The translations under genes and the position numbers were made by a program. A stretch of 62,356 bases of DNA, filler included. It is 10 parts of 10 records of this genome, joined end to end, with 100 filler letters (N's around TTAATTAATTAA, not from the genome) between each part and the next. Parts side by side here need not be neighbours in the genome. Positions count along the whole stretch, not along the records: positions 11,596 to 22,927 come from SRR7504441_3375; positions 23,028 to 26,977 come from SRR7504441_3381; positions 27,078 to 39,000 come from SRR7504441_3383; 7 more parts are not named here. One strand, 5' to 3'. Position 1 is the stretch's first letter; every line of letters starts with the position of its first letter. This document shows positions 22,894 through 35,077 of the stretch, piece after piece. The notes under the pieces are model-generated. The model did no database searches, had not been told where the DNA came from, and was given only the letters and a program-made list of their open reading frames with translations.

Positions 22894-23403
22894 GGCACGG
22901 CTCCCCCCCCCCCCCCCCCCCCCCCCCNNNNNNNNNNNNNNNNNNNNNNNNNNNNNNNNNNNNNNNNNNNNTTAATTAATTAANNNNNNNNNNNNNNNNN
23001 NNNNNNNNNNNNNNNNNNNNNNNNNNNACTGTTCTGCACAGTGTTCCTATAGCCACATCAATTTCTGCCAAATGCAGTCTGTGGGCTGCATCCAGCTCAC
23101 CCATTAATCAGCAGAACTGTGGTTTGGGGGTCTAAAGCCCATGATCACAAGGTGTGAGCAAGAGCACAGGGCCAATGCCACGATGCCAACGCCACCCGCT
23201 CTTTGTTCATAACGAAATCCCGTGCCGCGGCCTCTCGCCTGATGGGCAGTGCAGTGCCGATGCTAGCCGTGCTGTGCCTGATGGTCGCGCAATGCTCTCC
23301 ACATTGTGTACGACGACCGTTGTGAAGGCCAAGGGCACGCTGAATCAGTGCGCTGATGGCCTTGAATCCTATGGCGGCTTGCAGCGGCTGAGCCTCCGGC
23401 CCA

Positions 23404-25299
23404 ATGGGCAACCGGGGATGCTGCGTCGATTATCGAGCATCGAGCGCGGATGTAGCGGATTCAGCCATCGAGGTCGAGGACGCGCCGCCCGGCTGCCCGG
23501 ACCAGCGCAGCCCGGACACCGCCCTTTCCCCCAAGGCCGAGCAGCGGCCTCCCGACACCGGCCCATCCCCGCTGCTGCCCCCCGCCGGACCGCCAGCCGA
23601 GGACAGCGTGGCGGTGGGACAGGCAATAACGCCCGCGGCGGGGCAGCAGCCGAAGGTCGAGCCGGAGCCGGTGGCCAGCCCGCCTGGCTTCACGGCAGCG
23701 CTGGAGCAGGACAGCCCGAGCCCCGCAGCAGCCGAGGGAACGCTCAGGGCCGAGTCGCCGCAGGTGGAACGCTCAGCAGCGGGAGTTAGTGAGCTCGCAA
23801 CCCCTGTGCTCAAACCACGGGAGGGTTCTGCGGCGCCCTGGTTTGCTGGGCCGGAGCAGCCGGCCGAGCCGCTCGAGGCCAGCCAGCCGGAGGGGCTCCA
23901 ACGGTTTTACACGGCGCACTCGAGTCCGATTGGCACTCCGGATGAGCTGTCCGAGAATACGCCAGCGGATGCACGTGCGCTCGGGACGAGGCTTCACAAA
24001 GCGGCGGCTGCTGGTGACACGGCGGAGATCGATTCTCTGCTGGCGGCCAATGCGGACGTGCATGAGCGAACGAAGAGGACCGGGTGCACCCCGCTGATGC
24101 TGGCCGTGGACAGAGGGCACCTGGGGGCGGTGCAGCTGCTGTTGGAGCGGTCAGCGGACCCGCGTTCGCGCGAGTCGGTGCGCGGGATGAGTTGTGATAT
24201 GGTCGCGGCCAGGCAGGGCGGGGTTCAAGTCATCTCGGAGCTACTCCAGACGGCTGACGAGCGGGCAGTCAAGGCCAGGCTGCTGGCTGCCGACCAAGCC
24301 GGCCGGAGCGGGCTGATGTTAGCTTGCAGGGAAGGGCATTTGGAGGCCGTGACTGAGCTGTTGGAGCGGGCCGATCTCAGTGCGAGGTTGCTGGCCCGGC
24401 TGCAGGACGGGGAGGGCAAGTCGGCGCTGATCTACGCTGTGTCCCCGGGGAGTGGGAACAGCGGGCCGATTGTGGCGCTGCTGATCCAGGCCAAGGCGGG
24501 GCTGCAGGCAGACGTGAGGGGGCGGGATCCAATCTTCTATGCGGCGTTTCACGGCCAACTAGAGGGGCTCGAGGCTCTGGCTGGCGCGCAAGAGGGCACG
24601 CTAGAGCACGCGGACAAGGCCGGGTACACGCCGATCATGGCGGCTGCGTTCAGTGGAGAGTTGCGAGTCGTCCGCTGGCTGATTCAACACGGGTCCTCTG
24701 TTGAGCCCGAGCTGGCCCAATTCAGCGTGTGCTGCTGCAAACCGCTCAAGCCGCCTCTGCGACAGGCATTTACTCGCAGGGCCGTCACGGCTCACTAGGC
24801 TACAGGTGCCCACAGCGCTGATCCTGGCTGCAAGGAACGGGCACCGAGATTGTGTTCTGGAGCTGATTCAAGCAGACGCCGACATCGAGGCCGCCGACCG
24901 CAAGGGGGTCCGTCCGCTGATGCACGCGGGCTGGTTTGGGCACCTGGATTGCTGTTCGGCGCTGATCGATGCAGGGGCGGACGTGAACGCGCCGGTGGCA
25001 TCAGGCAGCAAAAGGGTGGCCAGCCAGCCAGTGCAGCCCGACTGACGACGGTGCAGGAGGGGCACACCGCGCTGAGTCTAGTGGCGCAAAGGCTCAGTTT
25101 GAGTTTAGGCTTGACACGAGTCACACACACGGGGATGGAAGAGCCGGATGAGATGGACAACATGGACGCCCAGCCAGGGATAGATGCCCGGCAATCGCTT
25201 AAGATAGAAACGATCAACGAGGACCTGACTGCCCGGTTGAAGGCTTGCAAACAGCTCCTTCGAGACAACGGAGGGCACCTCTTCCCTGTTCAGCAATGA
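23404..25299 (+). CDS. Ankyrin repeat protein with an N-terminal MGNRGCC acylation motif
   Basis: Multiple ANK repeats (GCTPLMLAVDRGH, GYTPIMAAAFSG, TALILAARNGH, GVRPLMHAGWFGH). Short introns near the 3' end. Confidence 0.85.
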
Positions 25300-25480
25300 T
25301 CAGAATCATCAGATGGCCGTTGACACGCTGCTGCATCACTCATCATGAGTTTGTTGTTGACTACTCGTACTCGCATAACCACGATAGAGTAGATATAAAA
25401 GCAGACTACGGCTGCTGCGTACAGTAACGTACGTACCTGCACCTCAGCATACCTGCACCTCAGCACCTCTTACTATAAAA

Positions 25481-26881
25481 ATGTCGTTAAAACGGCGAAT
25501 GGGTGGCTTCGTTCTGCCGCTGCTCGCTGCGATCTTGGCGATGCTTGGCGCCGCTTCTGAGCCCGGCAAGCACCCGCCCAAGGTCCAGGCGCTGATCGAG
25601 CGCCTCGAGCGTGCGCGGCAACAGGAGAACAGCGGCCCCCGTTGCCTGGTGACGGAGGCACAGTACGGGGCCATGTGCGATAGCAGCACCGACGACACAC
25701 TGGCGCTGCAGGCGGCCATCGACGGCTGCTCGGGCACCGTGACATTGCCTCCCGGGAGGACGTGCCTTTCTCATACGCTGTCACTCCGCAACGGTACGCA
25801 GCTTCAAATCCCGAGGGGTGCCGCCCTCAAAGCCTTCCCGGATCCATCCAAGTGGGATAATAAGAGCCTGTACCTCGTACACGCTGGAAGCACCCGGGAC
25901 ACCGGCATCTTCGGCGAGGGCACTATAGATGGCAGTGGAAATGAGTGGTGGCAGGTGCCCAACGGCGTAAGGCCACACCTCTTCAACAACAATGCTGTCC
26001 AGAACTTCAGCATCCGTGATGTGAGGTTAATCAACAGTGGCCGCGGGATCTTGGGCTTTGGTGCGCCGTGCTCAGACATCATGGTGGATGGAGTGACTTT
26101 GATGGAGCCTGCAATCGGGAACTCGGACGGGATCGATGTCTCGTGTGATGGCTTCGTCATCCAGAACAGCCTGGTCCAGAATGGAGATGACTCGATTTGT
26201 ATGAAGTCCACGGCAGCCGGGAGTGCGAGGAATGGGTTGATCCGGAACTGCACAGTTCGCAACGGTGCACAGCTGTTGCCAGCGACCAAGAATTATCCAG
26301 GTATGGCAGGAGGGCTGGTCCTGGGGACCGCCGTCGCACCAGGGATGGAAAACATCACCTACAGTAACTGCACAGTTGAAGGGGCTCTTGCGGGCATCAG
26401 GATCAAATTCCGACCTTCTCAAGTGGGCTGGGTTAGAAATATTGTTTTTGACGACATCCGCATCATCGACCCCGTTGTATACGCCATCGATATCATCATG
26501 TCTAGCGATCACTTGTCTTCTGAATCCGACACATTGCTACCACATTCAGTCGACCTACAGAATGTGACGATCCGCAACGTCGACGGTGTGCTCGGGCCTG
26601 TGCCACAGGACGTTTGCGGCGAGGGTAGGATCTGCCCACGTGCGGTGGCCCGCTTTAGCTGTAGCGCGGCGTATCCCTGCCGTAACATGCAGTTGGAGCA
26701 CGTGCACGTCCGGGGCTTCAAGCCTTACAACACCACCAGTCATGGGCACACACACCTCGTCGAGGCGTGCACCTTCAGCAACTTCTCAGCCAGCAGCTGG
26801 GAGGATGTGGTGCCAGCAGCATGCATGCCTCCCCCGGTGACCGGACAAGAATCAACTAGGATGACGCCTTCTTTACTATAG
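25481..26881 (+). CDS. Secreted glycoside hydrolase family 28 (polygalacturonase-like), intronless
   Basis: Signal peptide, DDTLALQAAIDGC, GEGTIDGSGNEWW, RPHL, NSDGID, GDDSICMKS and GIRIK. Confidence 0.92.
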   Translation: MSLKRRMGGFVLPLLAAILAMLGAASEPGKHPPKVQALIERLERARQQENSGPRCLVTEAQYGAMCDSSTDDTLALQAAIDGCSGTVTLPPGRTCLSHTLSLRNGTQLQIPRGAALKAFPDPSKWDNKSLYLVHAGSTRDTGIFGEGTIDGSGNEWWQVPNGVRPHLFNNNAVQNFSIRDVRLINSGRGILGFGAPCSDIMVDGVTLMEPAIGNSDGIDVSCDGFVIQNSLVQNGDDSICMKSTAAGSARNGLIRNCTVRNGAQLLPATKNYPGMAGGLVLGTAVAPGMENITYSNCTVEGALAGIRIKFRPSQVGWVRNIVFDDIRIIDPVVYAIDIIMSSDHLSSESDTLLPHSVDLQNVTIRNVDGVLGPVPQDVCGEGRICPRAVARFSCSAAYPCRNMQLEHVHVRGFKPYNTTSHGHTHLVEACTFSNFSASSWEDVVPAACMPPPVTGQESTRMTPSLL

Positions 26882-27172
26882 CAACTGGTTAAATGTAAAC
26901 TACAGTGATTCTCGAGACTAAATTAGTGACTGGAATTAAATACCTTCTTAAAATTACATACAAGTGCGCATGTGTTANNNNNNNNNNNNNNNNNNNNNNN
27001 NNNNNNNNNNNNNNNNNNNNNTTAATTAATTAANNNNNNNNNNNNNNNNNNNNNNNNNNNNNNNNNNNNNNNNNNNNGCACCGACAGCGCTGCCGGCCGT
27101 GGGGACAAGGCATCCCAACGAGCTGGCAGTGTCGGTTGGCGTGCCGGTTTAGAAGTGGCGACTGTGCCTCGG

Positions 27173-28087
27173 ATGCCGGCGGCCGTCCGGCTGGCTGGGC
27201 GGGCCGGGCTCTGCCTGAGCGTGGCGCTCACCGGGGGGCTCGGAGGGAGCCTGTGCTGGCTGCTGGCCGCCCGGCGCCAGTGGGTCCTGGCTGCATGCGC
27301 GGGGCTGCTCGCATCGCTAGTGCTGGGGCTGGCGCTGCTGGTGGCCGCTGCCGACCCCGGCCGGGCCGCGGGGGAGGAGTGCCGTTACTGCGGGTGGCCC
27401 CGGCCTGCCTGTGGTGCCTGACGGCTGGCAGCTGTCCCCGCCCCGCTGAGTACGACCACCACTGCCTGCTGCTCCACAACTGTGCCCCGCCGCGGCCCAC
27501 CGGGCTGACCGCCGCCCCAGGCGTGGGCCGCGACAACCGGGGCAACTTCATCCAGCTGTGCGGATGGGCGGTGGGCGGCTAGCCGGCCCCGACTGAGCCC
27601 GGGCAGGTCGTGGGGTCGGTGGTTTACTTGTGGCTGGTCGGGGGCTTCCTGGCGGGGGAGCTCTCACAGCCGCAGTGCCTCGCCAGGCCGGAGCCCGGGC
27701 CGGCTGGAGTGTGCCTGTCGCTGGCAGCCACGCTCGGGTACGCCGGCGGCTGTGCGGTGCGCGGCGTGAGAGTGTGCATGCTCATCAGCGCAGGTGAGTA
27801 CGGTGGTGGCATTCTTTGTCGGATTCTTGTTTGTCTGGCAGCTGTATCTAGTGTGCGCCGGGCATACCCAGCACGGCTGGCTGCGCGGCACCCCGCCGCT
27901 GGCCCGGCCAGTCGGTCAGAACCTCCGGGCGGTGCCCCCGCGGTGTGTGCGTTCAGTGACTGGACGGCAGGTGTTTGGGCCCCGACTTTGGCTGGCTTGG
28001 CTTCCTTGGCCGCTAAAACCTGAGGCAGCCACCGAGATAGATAGCGAAACAGAGCTGGAACTAGAATCTGCCCAGCCGATATTATGA
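27173..28087 (+). CDS. DHHC palmitoyltransferase-like protein, multi-intron
   Basis: TM helices, a Cys-rich region and YDHHCLLLHNC|VGRDNRGNF. Confidence 0.8.
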
Positions 28088-28138
28088 CCGTTCGAGTCTT
28101 TTTAAAATTATTTGATTTACATTTGATTGGCTCGGCCA

Positions 28139-31100
28139 TTAGCTTGGGGTTTGCCGGCCTCGCATGATCGAATCCCAGTCAATCCCAAACCCTACACTCG
28201 GCTCGGCCGAAGGCGCATCGTCGTCGATTGCGTCGTTGGTGTTTTCAATCTTCTCCGCAGCCGCAGATAGCTGTTCGTGGTACTCCTGGGTAGTTCGTTT
28301 GATCATGTCTGTGATCTCGTCTGCCGATGCATCGTGCTTGGTCTCGCCCTTCTCAAACGCCCTAGTCGTCTGAATCATAGCTATTGTATTGGCTGCGACC
28401 GAAACCACCATCCCGATATCGTGGAGCAGTCTTTGGAGCACGTGCATTGGCTCGGCCACAGGGCAGCCCGGAATGCCGTCGCTCGAGTCGAACTGGAGCG
28501 ACTTCTCCTCCCATTTCTCTTTCATGAATCCACCTGCTCTCACTCAGCTGCTGCCTGGCCCGGCCGCACTCACAGAGTCTCATGAAGCGCTGGCCAAGAT
28601 CGAATTGGATGCTCTTCATCTCCTCGAGCAGCTGCTTGTGCGGGGCTATCTGCCGCCGGATCCAGCGCTTGAACTGGTCGTGCACCAGCACCACGCTCTC
28701 GTCAGCCTCGCCTGCCCCGACACCTCACTCCGACCCTAGCACTCACAGCCACCGATCCCGTTGATCGAACTGTCCAGCAGCGCCAGCGCGGTCTTGGCCT
28801 TGTCGATGTGCTCTTCGCACTCCCAGAGCGAGACTTGGGCAATCTTCTCAAGGCCTTGGTGCAGGCTGCTGATCTCAGTGGGGTCAAACCCTTCATTCAG
28901 CGGATCCGCCCACAGCACCAGCAACACCTGCCCACCGGGTTTTACAAGCTGCACTAGAATCAGCTCGGCACCGCTTCTATCGTCGGACTCGTCCCAAGAG
29001 CGTACTCTTTCTGGCTATTGGTCGTGATCGCGTAATTCTGAGCACCGTGTCACCAAGCATGGCGGCGACGGTGGCTTGCCTGGCCTTTAACAAAGATCTC
29101 TTCACCGAGGAACATTTGGAGCCCAATTTGGGGCTCAGACTTGCAGCGCACTATCGTTGCGTAGGCATAGCGGAAGGTATGGCTCCAGTCGACCCTCCGA
29201 TTCTCTTGACAGACCGGATCGGACGGCTGTACGAAGTTGCACCTGTGGCCCGGAGGCTGAGTGCTGGATGGCGGGCATTTGACCAGTTTGAGAATGAGAG
29301 GAGCGCCCGGAGCAAGCACGCGAACGAGCGGCACTCCATTAGCGTGTCGCACGCCTTGACCACCATCTTGATCTGACTCAGACTCTCGCGGACCGGCTGC
29401 AGCGTGTCGGGGAGCCCAAGCACTTGGTGGATGCACTCAAGTCGAGTCTGCGCTTGGGGGATCTATGTGCACACGTCAGCGAGGGCTGCAGCGAGCTAGT
29501 GACCTGCATCATGTTGAGCAGGGCTCTCTCGGCCACGTTCGGATGAGGCATCTCGTGCCTGATCGCGGGCTTGTTCCAATCCCACACCTTGCCGAGCCGC
29601 GCTATCTCCTCCGGCGTCTTCGGACTCGGGTAGAACTCGGCTCGGAGGTCCTGCCAACCCGCTCATTGTCTGACCGTCAGCCCAGTCACCGAAGGTTCGT
29701 TGTAGGTGACCACACCCTGACCAGGCACCTTCACCGCGCCCTCCTTTGGCAGCATCTGAGCAACACATCGTAGCGTGGTCTCGTCTTCAATAAAGCTCTT
29801 GTCCATGGTTAAAAACGCATCGCGCAGCGCCTCGATCAGTCGCCCAGGCTGCCGGGCCTCGTACATCCGAGCTTGCGCTGCTTTGATCGCGTCTCGCGTC
29901 TCCTCCGTGGGGCAGATTGCGTACTGATCTTTGGCCTGCTGCAGCTTGCGTTGCTCGTCAGTCTCCAGTGTCTTAAACTGACGGGCGATAGGCGTCCGGC
30001 GGGCAATCTGAAGCTGCATCTCGATCGCCTAAGGAACACTCACAAGATCAACCCTCTGTGGCACAGACTGTGACCTTTGATCGCTCAGCCCGAAGCAGTG
30101 GCGGCTTCTCCTGAGCCATCGACACGTCGAATACGTAAGTCCTGCCTTCGAGTCCTCTGTTCTCTGAAGTGATGATGAATCTCGAGATCCGCATCCGGTC
30201 CGGTTCAAACTTTGAAATCAGCACGTAGACTCGCTGGAGCTTGCCAGTCGCCCGATTCAGCTCCAGCTGCTCCCGTCCGGCCGACTCGTAGGTGCCAGTG
30301 CGCTCGTCGTAGGATTCTGGCTCACAGTACACCACTGTCTGGGCATCGAGCGGCTCGGCTGAGATGCAAGTCTCTTGATTGACCTTAACACACAGAGGAT
30401 CATACACGCCCAAGCAAGGACGGCGCCTTCTTGGGGTCTCCAAACTGCGTGATCTCAATAGATTCCTCCCTGGATCCTCTGGTTGAGCTGCGCAAGAAAT
30501 TGTAATTGGATCCTCTGATTTCGAGAGAGCCCAACTCTGGAGTCGCAGATGCCTGCGGCAAGCCGTCGGCACGAGCAGCCACCAGCTCACCTCGGTGATT
30601 TGCACACCAGTGGCTTCGAACAGTCGCACTATATTTTGGTCATTCTCAAACAGCTTGAACAGTTTCTCACAGTAGTGCTGCAAGCAAGCGACTCAAGGCA
30701 CCGAACAAGCAGAGCAGCTACCTTCATGTCGCCGGCCTGGGCGGCATCCTCAGTGCTCAAGGTTATGTGTCTTGCAAGCAGCATCCGCTCAGCTGCTATC
30801 CTGGCCTGAGCTTCCTCCAACAGCCCAGCCGCCGCCTTTGAGACAGCTGATGGCGGACCGGCCCCCGCTTGGGCGAGCTGCTGCTTGGCCGAGAGGATTT
30901 CGAGGCATCGCTGCAGGCCTTGGTGCATCATTCGGTTCTGGTCGGATTCCATGGCCAACACCCTCTTCTTGGCCTGCAAAATGGCTTGGCAGGCCACCAG
31001 AGCCTGTTCGACGCTCTCCTTCACATAGCTCGGGGCCAGCTTGGCCACGCGACTGATCTCATTCTCGAGAGGCTCCGGCTGGTATTCGGTGGCCTCGTCG

Positions 31101-34100
31101 TGCACTGTGCTGTCGAACCAATGCCAAAACTCGGGCTGCATGCACTCGTCCCGAGGTGGGAACTTTTCAAACACACTGCGCACAGACCCAAATCAAGCAG
31201 GTACAGCAATCCAAAGCTCTCACCCGGGCACTTTAGTGATGCAGACGGCGTTGGTCTGCATGGCGTGCGCTAGCTGGAATGCGTTCATCACCTTGCGCTT
31301 GGCCTTCTTCTTTATACGCCGGTGCTGTTCTGTGTCCTCGGGAAGCTGGCAGACGGTCTCAGCTTCGCCAAGGAATAGAGTGAAGTCTCGCAGCACTTGA
31401 GCAGCCGCCTCGCGCCCAACTCCCTCGGGCATGGCCTCGACCCGCTCTTGCTCCATCTGCAGCGTGTATAGCTCATACACGGTCGCAGCAGCCCCAGCCG
31501 CATTGGGCGAGGCGCCCGAGAAATAATCCCAGAACAAAGCCTGCGGGCTCCTGTACACAGCAGTCACTCAAAGGTTGGCTGGGCTGGCAAGGCACCCTGG
31601 CAGTTGGCGGATTTGCTTGCCTAACGGCCAGTGACGCTCGATAGCTTTCCCTCCTTTACCCCTGATCGCTGGGCCTTTGCCGCCCTTGCCCCTTGAGGCC
31701 GGGCCCTTCCCTCGGCCTTTGCCTGCGCTTGCTTGACCGCCGCGCACCGCCTCGCCTGGCCCGAACGGATTGGAGGCTGGTTTGTGCTTGAGCGTGTTCT
31801 CGAGCTTGAGCCGGACTTCTTCTATAGCAAAGTCTTTCTTCGGATCGTGCCGATATGGCAGCCGATAGCGGTCAACTCGGCCCAGCTGAAGGATGTTGAT
31901 CTCAGGCTCGGTCCAGGCTGCCTTCAGGTCCACACCTATCTGATTCATCAACATCTCCTGCTCCATCTCCGCGGCAGCTCGCGCCAAGGCCATCTTCTCC
32001 TCGGCCTTCTTGGCTTCCTGCGCCTTCTTAGCGATCAGGAAATGGGTGGCCAGTTCGATGGCCTTGAGTGCATCTGGGTTGGTATCGTCAAGCACGTTGC
32101 CCCACACCGTGTTGGGCACGTTGCGTGCATCAGCCGGGGCGGCGCCCCAGCCACACTTTGGACAGTGAGAGAAGGGCGAGGAACCCCAGAACCCTTTGGT
32201 CGGGGCATCTACCACAGCCTTGGCCACGAGCGCCATCTCCTGGAAAGCCACAAACTCATGCCTGGTGAACGAGACCGGTTCGCGCGACCCGTCATGCTGC
32301 CCCGCCGCCTTGTGACACGCCTCGCTCCGCAGAATCTGGAGCACCCCGCTGTCGCCCACCGGGACGATGACGGTATCGCGAAACGGATGCTCCGGGTCTT
32401 CTGCAAAGCAGTCTATTTCAGGCTCAAGCCCGGTTTCTGCGTGGAGCGCAGTCGAAGTGAGCCCGGTCTCCGTCTGAGCCACTTGGCCCACAAGCCCCAG
32501 GCAGGTCTCGAAATAGGCCCCGGAAGCCCCAGTCTCGGCCATCTCGTGCGCTGCAGTCGAGCCACGGTAGGAAGACAGCCTGAGCAGCCCTCCGTCGACG
32601 GTGCGCTTGTACAGTACGGCCTGCTGCTCGACAGGATCGGTCATAGAGTCGTTGTGCGGGGCCAGCATGCAGGCCGCCTTGCAAATATCGGCAGCAAAGT
32701 CGTCCAGGGTGCTCGGGGTATCCAGCACGCCCTGATAATAGTCGGGTATCTGGCCAGGTCGGCTCTTGTGCTGGTTCTCGATCGCTTTCTTCAAGGTGGC
32801 CATCTTCTGTTCGAACATGGCTCTCTGGTCATCCAGCTTGGCCTGCATCTTGGTTAGCTGCAGCTCATAATCACCGCGCATCTCCTGCTCGCGCTCCGAG
32901 GCCGGTTTGTTCCTCTCTTGCCGGAGCATGGCTTCAAGCTCGTCCTTGTACTTGTTGCTGGCCACCAGCTCCCGTTCTAAGCTGACTGCCCGCTCGTGGT
33001 TGGTGTCTGTGCTCCCTTCGAGCACCTGAATTCTGTTCACGAACTTGTACTCGACCTGCCGCTGATGGTTCTGCATGATCGACGACACGATTTCGATCAA
33101 AGAGCGCCGCAGCTCGAAGTCGTGCACAGCAGGCGCCTGCGACGCCAGGAAGAGCGAGCCACACCCGGATCTGTGGTGGGCCCGGTGCAGCCCCCACAGC
33201 CGCTGGACGGCATGCACCAGCACGCTCTGACGGACCCCAGACTCGGCGGCCTTGGCCTCGATCATCTGGTCAGCGAAGCTGTTGAGCAATCCACTGGCTG
33301 CGCGCGTGACCCTCTCAGCGAGCATGCCGGCCAGTGCGGTCGGATCGATAAGCGAGCAGCTGTTGGTCGAGTCTTCGGTCCCGATCGAGTGCCAGACGGC
33401 CCGCTGCTGTGGCCTGCTCCACTGCTCGATCTGCCGGGCTGTGAGCGGGCTCGGGGCGGCAGTGTACCTCCTCGGGGATGCTCTTCTCTATTCGGTGGAG
33501 CAGTTGATTGAGAGCTTCGACTAACCCCAGCGCCCGCAGCTGCTCCCAAAGCTCGAGCGCCGCCTTGGGCTGGTGCGCGTGCTGCCTGGGCAGCCAGTGC
33601 AGCAGCATCATCACCTGCCCATCGGGTTGGCCCCGTGCGGCCGCGGCCCAGCACCCGGCAGCAGCTGAGCACCCCGGCCTGTTCCTCCTTGAGCACCCTG
33701 AGCAAGCAGCCATACAGCGGGTCTTCGCTCTCAGGCACCCCATACCCGCCCCGCATCCGATTAAGCGCACCCGTCACTGCGTTGACCCCGTCGGACGCCC
33801 CGGAGTTGCCCGAGTGATGCTCCACCGCGAACAGAAACTCGAACACGGCCGCGTTTGCGTTCCGCAGTGCGATCAGCGCAGTCGGGTGAGGGCAGGCGGC
33901 TGCCGGTCTGAAGCACCGCGCGATCCAGAACAGGTCGAAGGCTCCGTCCGGCCCGCCCTGCTCCTCGACGAGCAGCATCACCTGAGGGCTCTTCCGGACC
34001 AGGCTGGTGAAAGCGATCACGAGCGCGCACCGGTAAAGCCAGACCGCCTCGTCCCCGCCGTCCCGGCCGGCCAGCTTGCGGATCTCGGCATACACTGCCG

Positions 34101-34938
34101 CCACTCCGCCCATCCGGACAAACCGTTCGGCGTCGTTTCTGTCCCAGTCGGTGCTCGCCTGGCGGGCCCCGGGCGAGAGCTCGGCCACTTGGCCGGCCGG
34201 CACGTCGCAGTCGGGCTGGCCGCCGAGGCAGAGGACCAGCTCCCGGATCACCTTCAGGTAGACCGCAGCCCTCGCTGACTCGCTGTCGGCCTCAGCGATC
34301 GCCAATTCCTCCAGGAAATACCCCGGCCGCCCGAACTTCACCCCTTGCTGCCCCCCGGGCTCGCACCGCCCCCCGCCGCCGCGCACCGCCCGCCGCTCGG
34401 CCCGCCGGCGCTGTCGGTTGCAGTGGGCCTCGAGCAGCAGCCTGAGCTCCTCGCGCTTCCTGTCTGGGCCCCAGCTCTGGTAAGACTCGGGCGGGAGCGG
34501 CGGGAGCTGGAGCGCAGCCAGTCTGTCGAACAGCTCCACCGCGTGCTCGTCCGAGTACCTGTGCTAGGCTGGGCGGCTGGGCTCAGGCGGCCGGCGCCTA
34601 TCGAGTCTTGCGAGCTCCTCGGTCCAGGCGTCGGCGGTGTTGGCCAGCTTGCGGGCCTCGATCCGCTTCCAGGACTGCTTGAGGTAGCCGCGGACGGTGC
34701 TCTTGGTGAACTGCTCGAGCATCCCGAGCATCTCCGGCTGCTCGGCCTCCATGTACTCGCGCAGCTGCTCGAGCGCCGCCTCGTCCGAGAGCAGGTCCAC
34801 CTTCTGCCGGACCTCCGCGGCGGACAGGTGCTGGACGCCGCTGAAGAGCACGGCCTCCAGCTGCTCCTGGTTGAGCGAGAGCGAGCCGCCCTCCCGCCCT
34901 GTGGTCGGACAAAGCCCGTCGGCACCTGCCGGCTGCAT
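28139..34938 (-). CDS. Large divergent formin-like protein: GBD/FH3 - coiled coil - GAF - G/K-rich - expanded FH2; more than 10 short introns
   Basis: The N-terminal segment KVIRELVLCL..ERFVRMGG is GBD/FH3-like. FH2-like segments: ALFWDYF, AERALLNMMQ|IPQAQTRLEC and VVKACDTLMECRSFACLLRALLSFSNW. The GAF-like segment is GLVGQVAQT..PEID..TVIVPV..GVLQIL. Confidence 0.7.
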
Positions 34939-35077
34939 GGCGGCCGTTACCACTCCAACCTGAAGACGGAACGTGCTACTCTCGGACAGTACTCAATAAA
35001 TTCGTACGCACGACAATGTCAGGACATTCATTGCTACAGGCTAGCTAATGGCGCTCGACGCGGCTAAGTCAGTAGGG

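Noticed and set aside
22902-22927. Poly-C tracts at contig ends (also ~43696-43705) as telomeres
   Set aside because: They are homopolymers within intron-like or intergenic sequence where the assembly broke, not telomeric repeats.
29047-29436. Apparent strand switch inside the formin gene (second scrambled gene?)
   Set aside because: The minus-strand frame continues normally after removing short introns; the plus-strand ORF is a shadow.
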